DNA of 58,961 bases, the filler included, from Dimargaris cristalligena (taxonomy: Eukaryota): NCBI GenBank assembly GCA_003614675.1. It is 6 parts of 6 records of this genome, joined end to end, with 100 filler letters (N's around TTAATTAATTAA, not from the genome) between each part and the next. Parts side by side here need not be neighbours in the genome. Positions count along the whole stretch, not along the records: positions 9,859 to 19,612 come from ML003236.1; positions 19,713 to 29,463 come from ML003237.1; 4 more parts are not named here. One strand, 5' to 3'. A program made the translations under genes and the position numbers. Shown here one piece after another: positions 11,001-23,342 of this stretch. Position 1 is the first letter of the stretch. Every line of letters begins with the position of its first letter. The notes beneath the pieces were generated by a model that did no database searches, had not been told where the DNA came from, and saw only the letters and a list, made by a program, of their open reading frames with translations.

Positions 11001-13371
11001 GTATGATTATCTATAACATTACACCATAACGGTGCCTTTAATACTATTATATCTAATTTCCAAAAATAGTTTAAAAAGCCTCTATAGGTGGGATTCAGCC
11101 CCACTATATAGGGTTTTGACTGATGCATGTATGGGAAAATTGGTGGGGGTAAACGGTTGAAACAGTAATATTTACCGCTTCTTATATATTTTTTTGCTTT
11201 ACAAATCAATTGAACCTCTCCTATAGCACTTATGATTAAATGCAGGTAACCAACCTACCCAGCCTTTAAGAATCAGCGCTATAAATGAAACATTAGTATA
11301 GGTGAGCAAGTACCAGCTTAAAGTATCAGACCATACTTCTGGTTCAGCCAAGGATGATATATTACTGTTACTATTAGTCGCAATTCATATATTTGGTGAG
11401 GGTACCGCTCATACAATATATTTCCAAGGAATGCTGATACTTAAGAGAATATAGACAAACCCTGGTCACAGGGATTACAGCGTGAAAATGGCAGACTTGC
11501 CATACATGATTCTTTGTTGATATTATATTGCGGCTTCGCGTAGGAAAGTGGAAAATCCATTTGCTTAGCCAGGTTCTTTATTTGAACATGGTATTATTGT
11601 TAATGGAATACCCTTTCTTTATAGCTGAAGCCGTATATGACCCACCACCAAACCTAATATTTATCAAAATCCTTGGAATAGGTTTCCCTTTTTGTCTCTC
11701 ATTTTCAGTCATTGTTGTTACGAATCTCTTTAGGAAACACAGCATGACGTGCCCTCGTTCGAATGGCGAATACAGCGAGCGATAATGAGCCCTGAGTGTA
11801 CCTGAAATAATATTTATCCTTATAGCATCTAAACTCCGTAGTTTCAACAAACTTAGAAACAACCGGTTTTCGAACAGGTCAAATTCATTTGTGTATAGTA
11901 TTATTTGACCCGCCTGTCAGACCAACAACCTTCCCCCGAAACTTCCATGATATGACAATTAAATCAAATACACCATCGAGATTGTCGGCTTTACCACAGG
12001 ATGACGTAATCTAAGGCCGTGCCAGTAGACTGGGACTTGACGCCACAGTACTGATTCAGTTTGCACATGCTGGACTTTTACTGGTGTCTCTTAATCACAT
12101 CGAGGCATGTGAGACCAGGCAAGCCTTATGGTGTGTTTCTGGGCACAGTTGGGGCAGCGTCAGCCCGACCCCAATATAAGAGTATTTACCCTGAATCCAT
12201 CTCATTCCCCCAGAGAAGACAAGGTCGGTTGCTAACGTCGTATCTATTTCCTGGATTGGCAATTTGAGTAGTATTTTAGTTGAAAACGACTGAACAAAGT
12301 ATTGTCTGGAGCGATTTTGATTTAAATTGTATTCTACGTATCACACTAAAAGGCACTTTTGATAATATAAAAGGGGGTTTCCTATTTTCAGAAGTTTAGT
12401 ATTTGGTAAAAGATGGTACCGACTGGACCTGGTTATTACTGGTATTACGATTTTCTTATATTTTAATGTTTACTGGTTTCCAACCAGCCCTGTAAGCGGC
12501 ATTCGCGAACCTTCGACCAGGCCCTGCATTATGTGAGTTGAATGCTGGGCATACGCTATAATACTTGCTGATTATATTGTAGTGGTTAGAGGACAAAAGG
12601 TAGTTAGTTGTACGAAATCACGTGGATAACAGCCTGCCATTTCGGGGGGGGGGGCGTATCGCCACCATGTCTCAGGAATATTTATTCTCCTTGCCCTCCT
12701 CTCTTCCCTTTCACGCAATCACTCTGGTGGGCGCAGTTTAATTTTGGTTGAGATAGGGTTGGGTGGATCTTTATTGGCTGGTATGGTACGCAATCTTGGT
12801 AGATACGCCATAGTTTAAGCAGCTATATTGCTAGGAGCCATCTCTCTCAGAGTCGAAAGGCCCTATACTACGGTGGGGGAACTGGGGCGCTCGTCACGGT
12901 TTGGCCCCCCCCCCCGTCGCCTCTTTCTACGCCAAGGGTGTATAGTAGGGAGTGGGCTTTTACCGCCCCTCCAAACCAACCCAACAACTACACCCCCCTC
13001 TCCCCACACCCTGTTTTCCCTGTTGTGATCGTGGAATCAGTTTCCTCTTCCTTTCTTTATCATTGTGTTTGTCCATTGGACCTTTTTTTATATTCCTCTG
13101 TCTCTATTAGTAGTCATATTGGGCTATCCGTTGTGATCCTCGCGCTTACTACTGTTGTTGCTTGTTCGGCGTTGCCCACGTAAGTCAGTCGTAGACCTGG
13201 TTGCCTTCACCTTTCCTGATCCGTCGACTAGCTCCGCATGGGCAATTTCTATACTGGCCCGAGAGAGGCCCGTAAATACTATTCCTTCGGCTAATCCAGC
13301 TCTCATGTATTTCTCGGTCCTATACTTTACCCGTATATAGTAACATTGCCCCCTAAGTGATTTCTCTCGCC

Positions 13372-15737
13372 ATGAAGTCTTCCACACTGTCGACCGTGAT
13401 TGCTCTCGGCACCCTGGGTGCTGCTGGCCTGGCGTACGTCGTCTACTTTGATTACAAACGCCGCAATGATCCCACCTTCCGTCGCAAGCTCAGTAAGTCA
13501 CTTTATCTTCGAGAATTGGGTTATTAAGGGTTATTTATATTGTGCGGTCCCGAATTCGTCGCCAAGTACAACTATAGGCTAGCATAATTGGGCCAATGAT
13601 GTCCATATCCTTACATCCTACTAATTCAGATATTACTCCTTTTGAATCGCAATACATCAGAGCGTGAAAAGAAGAAGGCCTTGAAGGACCAAGAGGAGAA
13701 GGATAGCATGAGTCAATCCCAGCTAGTCGTGAGCATCGAACGGGCACTGACCAAGGCCCTCGAGGAGCCCTTCCCGGCCGACCCCACCATGAAGGAGAAG
13801 ATGTTTATGGAATGCGTGGCTGAGGGCGAAAAGTTCGTGGCCATGGGCGAGACAGGTTTCGAAAACGCCGCCATTGTGTTCTACCGGGCTCTCAAGGTGT
13901 ACCCCGACCCCGTGGAGCTTATCATGATCTACCAGAAGACCGTGCCCCAGTCGGTCCTGAGCATCATCATGGGTATGCTCGGTCAGGATGTCAAGCGCCG
14001 CCAGGACACTTATTACGATAACTTCCCGCCCAAGTCTATGAACGTGACCATCAAGAGTCTTCCCGAGGGCGCTGAAAAGACTGACCCCAAGTACCACAAG
14101 GGGGCAGTTGCCGCCAAGGACTTCGCCATTGGGGATATTATCTATACCGAAGATCCCGAGGTTTCGCTCCTGATGCCTTCCCTCCAGGTATGCCCCAGAC
14201 CATTCTCCATTGCCCCTGGGTCTCCTATTGATAGCATCGAGTAGAAGGGGGAGCGTAGTGCTGTCCTTTACTGTTATTGATGGGATTGGCCCCGACGTAC
14301 CGTAGGCGTTCCGGGAATTATTTTATTTGTCAACGTGTTTCATTTACTAACCACACTCCTTTTATTGCTTTTTTGGTTTTCTGTCCGTAGGATGCCCCCT
14401 ACTGTAGCTTCTGTTTGAAGTACCTGCTTGACGACACTGAGGCACCTACCTGCGATTCCTGTAAGAAGGTCCGTTACTGCTCCACCCAATGCAAGGACAA
14501 GGCTTACGACGAGTTCCACCGTTACCTCTGCCCTGGCAATTACGCCGACCCCCACAGCAAGGCCCAGGAGCTCTTTAACCTATGGTCGGATAAGAGCGAG
14601 CTCTCGACCCTCATGATCGCTCGCTTCTTTGGTCACCTGATTGAAGTTGAAAAAAGCCGCCAATTAACCGCTGGTGAAGGCGACTTCACTGTTTGGGAGC
14701 GTATGGAACACCTCAAATTCCTCGAGCTGCCCGATTCCGCCATGGATCACTCCCGGCAAAATCTGATTAATGAGCTCATTTGCAAGAAGGTTCCCGGTCT
14801 GGATGAATTCATGACCGACGAGCGTTACCTCAGCTTCAAGGGCAAGTTGCTTTACAACGCTATTGCTATTCGCTCTGATGATCCCGAAGCCCCTTCAGGT
14901 ACTTCGACCGAATACGTGCGCTCACCATCCAACCGGGGTGTCAAGGGCTCCGGCCTGTATCTGGTATCCAGCTACGTGACCCACTCCTGCCAGCCCAACA
15001 CCGTTCCCGTGTTCCCCAAGGGTACGCATAAACTGGCCCTCAAGGCCACTCGGCCCATCAAGGCGGGTGAAGAACTCTCCATGAGCTACATTGTGCCCCA
15101 GGACCGCTCCGCGGAGGCCCGCCAGGAGGAGCTCGTTGAAAAATACCGTTTCCGCTGTAGCTGCCCTGCCTGCGAGACCGAAAGCGAGATCAAGTCTGAG
15201 GAGAAGCCGAAGACCGAAGTTAAACCTGAAACCAAGCCTGAGGCTGAAGCCGAGCCCGAGTCTGAAGTCCTGGTCGAAGTCGAAGCCGAGCCTGAGTCTG
15301 AAGTCCTGATCGAAGTCGAAGCGGAACCCGAGTCTGAAGTCCAGGTCGAAGCTGAAGCCGAGCCCGAGCCCGAAGTCCAGGTCGAAGCTGAAGCCGAGCC
15401 CGAGCCCGAAGTCCAGGTCGAAGCTGAAGCCGAGCCCGAGTCTGAAGTCCTGATCGAAGCCGAGCCCGAGTCTGGAGTCCTGATCGAAGTCGAAGCCGAG
15501 CCCGAGTCTGAAGTCCTGATCGAAGTCGAAGCGGAACCCGAGTCTGAAGTCCAGGCCGAAACCAAAGCCGAGTCTGAAGTCCTGGTCGAAGTCGAAGCCG
15601 AGCCCGAGTCCGAAGTCCAGGCCGAAACTGAAGCCGAGTCAGAAGTCCAGGCCGAAACCGAGCCCGAGTCCGAGTCCGAAGTCCAGGTCAAAGCTCCGTC
15701 TAAAGGCAAAGCTAAAAAAGGAGGCCGGAGAAGATGA
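13372..15737 (+). CDS. TOM20: Tom20 (MAS20) mitochondrial import receptor fused to a SMYD-type MYND/SET domain and an acidic repeat tail (3 exons, ~664 aa)
   Basis: Exons 13372-13492, 13661-14187, 14391-15737; donors GTAAGT/GTATGC, branch points TACTAAT/TACTAAC, CAG/TAG acceptors, frame preserved. Signal anchor plus YFDYKRRNDPTFRRKL and FYRALKVYPDPVELIMIYQKTVP (Tom20); GAVAAKDFAIGDIIYTEDP (SET-N); CSFC..CDSC..YCSTQC..HRYLC (MYND); THSCQPN, GEELSMSY (SET-C); FRCSCPAC (post-SET). Confidence 0.9.
15249..15690 (+). repeat. Coding minisatellite, ~36-bp unit (GCCGAGCCCGAGTCTGAAGTCCTGGTCGAAGTCGAA), ~12-13 imperfect copies encoding (A)EPESEVxxExE
   Basis: Head-to-tail repeats visible in DNA and protein; all length variants stay in frame. 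Confidence 0.95.
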
Positions 15738-16881
15738 AGAAATCGAGGAAATTGAGGCTGAGGCCAAATAGGGACCTAAAACTTGGGATACCAGATCTCC
15801 CCATCTTCTTAAGCAGGCATTGCTACCTAACATATCCACTCATTTTTATGCCCCAGCCGATTCCTCTTCCCAACCTTGGGATATTACTTCCTTCCCCCCC
15901 TCCCCCATCTTATCCACAAGTTTATCAAAAATTCACCCATATACATGTGGCGTAGCGTTTAATTTATGCCATCTAGTATCGCTAATAGTTATCATTCATA
16001 TAAAGTTATTTCATTTATTTCACAATGGCAGGAAAGATTGCTTACTCGATTTTACTAATTTTCGGTAATGTACTAAAATATAGATATGGGACTACCTCGA
16101 CTCGACTATAAAACCACAGGGTTTATGATGGAGCCAAACTACTGGTTGAAAGGTGAGGTTTTCTATATATCTCATTTTCCCAAGCGGGGTATACTCCTCC
16201 CACATACCGGCACATTACTCTGAACCATTGTCCGATTTCTCAGCCTATAAGGGGGACTCTTATTTTCATTTATTACAGACCCGGTGATATAGGAACTGAC
16301 TATCATTTGGAGACTTACAACCGCCACCTCCTTGCAGGGCTGCGTTGTGTCTCTATATTAGTTTTAAAGTAAAATCAACAACAGTTGCCATTCGGACCAT
16401 CTAACCAATAGAAGCAATTATTCAGTGGTGCCTTATTAGAAATTTGGGTAAAGGTCATCCGTGATTTAATGAGGGCTGAAATTTGCTGATCTATTGGGAG
16501 GAACTTTAGATGCAACCAACAGAGGCCCCAATGGCTAACCCAGCCACGGGTGTTTAACTGGGATCATTTCTACAAAAACTATCCCATGGTCCGACTGTAA
16601 ACTTACCTCGTATAGAAGGTAGCGGCCTCCAACCAAACGGCCCCAATCCCAGCGCCAATCCCCTCCCCCTTCGAACCTCGATTGATCCGGGTAGGTATTA
16701 CCAACTTCGATATACCCCAATCGAATTCGTAATATTTTAGTTAACGCGGTGCCCACATTGCTTTCTTATTAACTTTTATCTATAACTTACGCAGTTTCCT
16801 TGAGCATTCGAGCTCTATACCACTTTAACCACAAGTGGCTAGAGTCCCCGCCCATCTCACTTTAAACCACAGTTCGTCGTC

Positions 16882-19369
16882 ATGGACATTCCAACTACCA
16901 AGTCAAGCGCCGAGTACATTAACATCGGTGCCAATGCTGTTCCACTATCCGCAGTATGGGCCCCTGCGCCTGCCAAAGGTTCGAGCTTTACCCGGGGCTT
17001 CGTTGCTTTCGGGGCTAGTAACCAAGTAGCGCTCTTTGACCCCCTTGTAAGTAACCCAGTTTTTTTAGTGCTTTTAGTAAATGTTCATCCGCCCTTTCTA
17101 CTCTCGACCTTAGAATGTCGGGAAGGGCCTGCAATACCCCCACCTGCAATATCGGATTACATCATTGTAGTCGGTATAGCCAAGGAAAAAAATCCCCTCC
17201 ACAATTAACCTATTGTGACGCTGGTTCATTCTTGTACTGTATTTTATATTTATCACTAGGACCCTAAACAAACTGGGGTACGCTTTACCCTAAAGGGGCA
17301 TACCGCGCGCGTCAATTGTGTACAGGCCATTCAGCCGATCTCAGCGGAGGGGAAGCTTCATACCACTGCCCTTGTCTCGGGTTCGGCCGACAAAACCGCC
17401 CGAATTTGGCGTCCATCTCCAGCGACTGGCCGGTGGGTGTGTACCGCCGAGCTCACCGGGCACACCTACCCTGTGATTAGTGTGGGTGTCCTCCCCCGCC
17501 CTTCCGATTCTGACAATAATGGTATTCGGGTCGGTGAGGGTGATCTTATCGTCACGGGTTCCACCGATGGGACCCTGCGAATTTATCTCCGTACGGACCC
17601 GGCTGAATCCGAATCCGAGTCCGACCGTGACCAAATCCAATTCCTGCAGAGCATATCCTGCGGTTCCCGCCACCCTCTCGCCATTGCGCTGGCCTACCTT
17701 CCGCACTCCAACATTCCCATCCTGGCCACCGGTAATACCGATTCCAAAATCCATATCTATGCACCGCAGATGTCCGCTGATTCAGATACCGCAGAAGCCA
17801 CTCCACTCTTCACTCACCTTTTGACCCTCGCAGGTCACGAAAGTTGGGTTCGCTGCCTGGCTTTCGGGCAATTCACTGAAGGAGGCTCCGATTATTTGCT
17901 GTTGGCCTCGGGTGCCCAGGATAAGTATATCCGGCTTTGGAAGATCAAGGGCTATGTGCCCGAACCTATTGCGGCCAGCACAGATAACTCAGGCACACTC
18001 TCTTCCGAGCAGATGCTCGAGGCGCTCCAGGCATCGTTTGGTCAGACTGGCGCCATGGTCCGGGATTATTCCACAACTACCCAGCTAAGTACTAAAACCC
18101 ATTTACTGGTGATCCGCAGTGATGCGGGGTTGGCCCGCTTCACGGTAAAAATTGACGCTGTGGTGCTGGGTCACGACGACTGGGTCTACAGCGTTCAGTG
18201 GCATCCCGCCCAGAACACGGATGACCGCCCGGCTTGCCTCTTGTCGGCATCAGCGGATAAATCCATGATTCTTTGGCGACCCGATGAGTCTACGGGCATT
18301 TGGATCAGCGAAACCCGTGTGGGCGAAATGGGGGGCACTTCTCTTGGATTTTACGACGGTTCGTTTAGTCCGGATGGGCAGCAGATTATCGCCCACAGCA
18401 CAACTGGGGCATTCCATCTTTGGTCGCTGCCTTCTGAAACGCCCGGAACCGACGACAGCGACGATAGTAGAATCGTGGGCCAATGGCAACCCCAGAGTAC
18501 CATCAGCGGCCACACGCGGTCCGTGCAGGACCTCGCCTGGGATCCTACTGCCCGGTATCTCGTCTCGGCCAGTCTAGACCAGTCTGCCCGCCTATTTGCC
18601 CCCTGGCGCCGCTCCAACACCGAGGGACCCGTGCAAACATGGCACGAAATTGCCCGTCCACAGATCCATGGTTACGATTTGCAATGCCTGGCATTTACGG
18701 GCCCTTACCAGTTCGTGTCGGGGGCTGACGAGAAAGTCATCCGAGTCTTTGACGCCACGGGTAATTTTATTGATTCGCTGACTGTCATCAGTCAACGGGA
18801 CGGCCCCTTGGTCGATAATGCCGACCGGCCGGTCACGGCTAACCTGCCCCCGCTGGGACTGTCCAACAAGGCCGTTTTCGAAAATGACCTCCAGGCGGTG
18901 GAGGCCCAGGAGGAGGATTTTTTGGCCCGCCAGTACTCCACCGGTGGGCGTGGAATAACCGACCGTCTGCGCCAAGCCCTCGCGTCCCCTCCGCTGGAGG
19001 AGTTCCGGATGCAGCACAGTCTGTGGCCCGAAACGGGCAAGATCTACGGTCATGGCTATGAAATTATCGCTATCGCGGCCAGCCACGACGGCCGGGTGGT
19101 AGCGTCGTGCTGCCGAGCCACCAGCGAGAAACACGCGGTGGTCCGGTTGGTGGACACCCGTACCTGGTTGGAATACGCCGAGCCCTTGCCCGGCCACAGC
19201 CTGACGGTCACTAACCTACGCTTTTCCCCCGACGACCGGTGGTTACTGACCGTCTCCCGCGACCGGTCCTGGAACCTCTACGAGCGTCAGCCCACCCTCG
19301 ACGACCGCGAGCAAGCCCCCTACCGCCGGGTGCAAACCATGGCCAAGGCCCATGCCCGCATCATCTGGG
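16882..19369 (+). CDS. ELP2: Elongator complex protein 2 (WD40); 3' end displaced by an inversion
   Basis: Exons 16882-17046 and 17260-19369 (GTAAGT...TAG). Elp2 motifs GHDDWVYSVQW, LLSASADKSMILWRPD, WHEIARPQIHGYD, FVSGADEKVIRVF, ANLPPLGLSNKAV, LWPETGKIYGHGYEI, HSLTVTNLRFSPDD, AHARIIW. Confidence 0.95.
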
Positions 19370-19612
19370 CCGCCGCCGTGCCCTGGACGAGGAAAATAAG
19401 ACCATTTTCCAGACCCACCGCCAAATGGTAGGTATGGACTGAGCCGACGGAATGTTCCCGGAAAGCGACAGAAGTGACACTTTCGGGGAATTTCAAAGTG
19501 GTGGGGGAAACAGTAGGGCGCGTCGGGTCGGCAGCCGAACATTCCCAGATTTTCACCGTTTTATCTCGCGATCCTGTGGCGAACCAGCGACCGTCCGGAC
19601 TCCAGCTGGCGT
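19370..19612 (-). CDS. ELP2: Inverted continuation of ELP2 (next WD40 blades, partial)
   Basis: G19369 joined to the reverse complement from 19612 reads ...[27 protein letters not shown]...VTSVAF...YHLAVGLENGLIFL, the expected Elp2 continuation. Confidence 0.9.
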
Positions 19613-19712
19613 NNNNNNNNNNNNNNNNNNNNNNNNNNNNNNNNNNNNNNNNNNNNTTAATTAATTAANNNNNNNNNNNNNNNNNNNNNNNNNNNNNNNN
19701 NNNNNNNNNNNN
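19613..19712. other. Artificial contig-joining linker
   Basis: N44-TTAATTAATTAA-N44. Confidence 0.99.
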
Positions 19713-20900
19713 TTTATTCATTTATCTCAAAACTAACTTGTCCCTTCAACTGAGGGGATGCTACTAAGGTATATATAAGAAATCGACCAAACTAAATGAC
19801 TATAGCTAAGATTAAAGCTACGATAATTGTAGGATATAAAAAACCTAAAGATAGGGGAAAAACTGACCTACTGGCTAAACTATAGTCGTGAATGATTAAA
19901 ATGAAACAAAATATAGAACTTGGAAGGTTGGAAGACACAGCCTTCCTAGACCTCCTTCATGTCAGATATTGATAAAACTGAGAAAAAAGGAATTCATACT
20001 AAGAAGTTGTATGGTGTGGTTCCAAGAAGGAATCCACTGGAGGCTGGTTATTCCCAAGCCCTGCTCATAAAGGATCATCAATAGCATAAAAGTAGTAATA
20101 TGAGGTGGTCAATCATCATAGTTTTAAAATCACTATTGATTTTGACAACCTATAACTTCATCAATAATAGATGGAAAGGTAAATGAAAATATGATTTGGA
20201 AAGCTGAATGAAAAGAGAATCAGCTAGCATAAAGAAATAAAATAACATTAATGACCCCAGACTGTTCCCATGGAAATAACTCGTCAATTGTCTGGGGACC
20301 TTGAATTTATCCAAAGTATGACTACTTTTTGGATTAGCAATGTGTACTGGGGCTTATGCGGTCTCTGGCCAGCTGCCCACGGCAGCACACTATAAGGCTT
20401 AATAGGGGTGGATACTAAGGTGTTCAGATTAAGGTGGGGTAGATTGGTCTGACAGGGTAGATAGCCAATGGGTAATTTGGTTTAGCAGTTGACAATAGTA
20501 GGGATAAGTTGTTTTATATATTTTAATAGATACTACATCCAAATGAGCTCTATAGTTTGGGCATCTAAAATAAGTAACTACACAATCTAGAGGCTACTTA
20601 AGCTAGCCTCATAGTATTTATATTCAGAGGCTTACTACCCTTACACTTCCAGTATACCTAGGCTTCTAGTGTCATAGCAGTATTTAATACAAATTACATT
20701 ACCACTAATCTACCCAAACATATTGGTAGTGAATATCCCTTAATACATTGTCAATTTAAAGCCCGCAAAATAGGTGTAAAACAAGAGAAACCTATAATAC
20801 CCATCACCTCTCTGCCACTGCATCTCTAAAGGGGGGATTAGAAGTCCCCACTACTCTCATTAAAATTTCTGCCTTATCTATCTGGTATACCGTCTACCCC
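19713..20900. repeat. AT-rich, CpG-depleted segment, probable degenerate repeat/TE relic
   Basis: Few CG dinucleotides, stop-rich in all frames, at a contig start. A purine tract (AAAGGGGGGA, ~20828) is weakly PPT-like. Confidence 0.3.
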
Positions 20901-21325
20901 ACCTGTACAACTGCTGTGCTGGTGGGCTAGCGAACACTTGGTGGATTACTAATAATAGCAGTGACAACTGCACCATTTCCATACATAAGGCTACCAGTAG
21001 AAGTTTTTGTGGCCAGCGCGGTAACCGTACCCTTTAATCCGGGTACCCTAAACACTAGTCGAGCACGCCCTAATAATGTCCACTAGTGAAGGCAAAAGGA
21101 ATGGTCCCTTAGGGCGGAGGGGGGCCAGGCAAATTAATATCTCACCATTAATGGGCGCCGGCCCACCTAAATGAGTTAGGGGATACGCCCTCATTCCGAC
21201 CTCCTTTCTTTTATTCCACTACAGTTTTCCATATATATTTTTTATATTTTCAAAAATGTCTTAACTCTGTCTTCCTATTCACTCTATTTAGGCCACAGTG
21301 CATGGGTGGAATTACGAATGCGGCG

Positions 21326-21333
21326 TATATAAG
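21326..21333 (+). promoter_or_regulatory. Putative TATA box (TATATAAG) of DPBB paralog 1
   Basis: 243 bp upstream of ATG 21569; paralog 2 has a TATA at a similar distance. Confidence 0.5.
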
Positions 21334-21568
21334 GGCAGTAAAGGCACACCTTCTCAAACATTCACACTTATCATACAATCTTACGCCCTACTGCTTTCAT
21401 CTTGACTGCTAATATTCACACATCCACATTCTTGATTTAGAAATCTAATTTGATCCCTTAATTGTTTTTATTCTTTTTTTGGATTGCGCACCGGGAAACC
21501 ATAATTACACAAAGGGCTGTATTGTTGATGCCCACTGCTTCTGACTGCCAGTGTGCTACTATTCCGCC

Positions 21569-22476
21569 ATGAAATTTACTATTCTGACTTCCATCACTCT
21601 TTGGGTTCTAATAAGTGCCGCTCCGCACCCAAGCAATGCCCTGGTTCGACGCCAGGCCCCCGCTGTCGCCATGGCCTCCCCAGCACCAGCCGTCGCTACT
21701 CTAGCTGCCGTCCCTCCAGCTCCTTTCAGTCCCTCTGCGCCCGTGACCCCCGCTTCCCCTAGCTCGGCTGCTTCTACACTCGCTGTCTCAACATCTGCCA
21801 CATCAAAGCAAGTAAAGAAAAGCGTCAATAAGACCATCAATCTTTTATTGCCATTACCAATACTGCCCGCTGCGGCACCTTCCCCAGCGTCGGCGTCCCA
21901 GCCAGCCACGACAGTCTCTGGTCAGGCGGGCTACGAGAAATCTGGTTCCAAGGGGGCGGGATCATGCGGTACCCTAGAAGACCCGAAAACCCTTACTGTA
22001 GCGATTGTAAGTACTTCACATATTTCGGTTGGGTTTAATACTTAAGGATACTCATTGCACAACACTGCCATTAGGTAGTACATGTCAGCAGTATTGTCGA
22101 TTCTAGTCTAAGGGTGGAGTATATGCTGCCTTTGGGCCACCACCCCTTCTGCATACAGGCAGTATTGACCAGTCTCTATCCTTTCTGACTGCCGCGATTT
22201 ATAATAAATACATACACATATTCTTATACCACATACGATACACCAACCTAGAACGCTGGGCAAATGGGCAATGGCGCTAATCCGAATGATAATCCCACAT
22301 GTAATAAGACCATGACCATAAAGTTCGAAAACAAATCCATACAAGCTAAGATTACCGATACATGCATCAGCTGCCAGCCTGGTGAGATTGTTCTGAGTTA
22401 TTCAGCCGCTGTTGCCCTCGGTACATTTGATGCAAAGTCTGGGCGTGCCCCTGTAACGTGGTCCATTAACCCTTAG
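21569..22476 (+). CDS. Secreted RlpA-like double-psi beta-barrel (expansin/loosenin-like) protein, paralog 1 (~220 aa)
   Basis: Exons 21569-22006 and 22252-22476 (GTAAGT...TAG). Signal peptide MKFTILTSITLWVLISA, dibasic LVRR|Q, A/P/S-rich linker, then GAGSCG..TVAI-NAGQMGNGANPNDNPTCNKTMTI..KITDTCISCQPGEIVLS..VTW. Confidence 0.85.
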
Positions 22477-23342
22477 ATAGCCCAAAATAACTTGCAATGA
22501 CCGCCCGAGGTCAAAACTACCGCTATTTAACGATTATCCGTACCAAACTAATGTGTTCATTAGTATCACTTAATATTAATATACTATCTTGGTTTGACAC
22601 CGAAAACCCTGTATAACATACGTAAATAAACCCATTCAGTATCAAAGACGCGTTTGGGCTGGTGATATACCCTACAACATGTCTCGGAAAAGAGTCTGTA
22701 TTGCACAACTGGTTGTGGCGAATGGGTTGAAGTGCATCTTGTGATTTGGTATCTTCTTTAACAACCATTACTTGGCCATTAGTCACAGGGAACTGTAAAG
22801 TTGGTGCACTTCTTCGCTGGAAACCATCAGTACTTGTGAATGGTCAGCATTTTAGGCCAAGCTGTCTGTTCCGCGGATTCGAGAGCATGCCAAAAACCGG
22901 TGTGAACTTATTCGGTGAACTCGGGGTACATAAAGCACTACTGGGGCGAGCAGAAAGCTATCCAGCCATTTGAATCATGGACCTGCATTAATCTAAAAAA
23001 CAAACCATACAGTCGATTGACGGGATGGCTAGTGTGCGCCATGGTCGTTCAGAAGATTCAATTGTTTTACTATACTGGACACTTGTAAGTCAATTAAAGG
23101 TTCACCAAATATTCTCATTTTATATCACATACCCCCCAAGATTATGGCACCGGCTAGGTTTAGGCCATTATGATCACCGAATTTCTACCTAGTATTTAAC
23201 CCTCATTTAGCTATATATTTGGGTTATACAGATGGTATCAAAAACTAATAGCAATTGCAGGGAAAGAGACGGAAACCAAGGATATCCCAAAGTGCTAACG
23301 CATGCCCACAATAGATCTGCAACTCTCTCAGTAGCAGTACAA

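Noticed and set aside
15249-15690. 36-bp repeats resembling a CRISPR array in unit length
   Set aside because: No unique spacers, no cas genes, eukaryotic context; it is an in-frame coding minisatellite.
15086-15709. 207-aa minus-strand ORF of TSDSGSAS repeats
   Set aside because: Antisense shadow of the Tom20-SET acidic repeat.
19370-19431. Listed Elp2 C-terminus AAAVPWTRKIRPFSRPTAKW*
   Set aside because: Read-through into the inverted segment; the real continuation is on the opposite strand.
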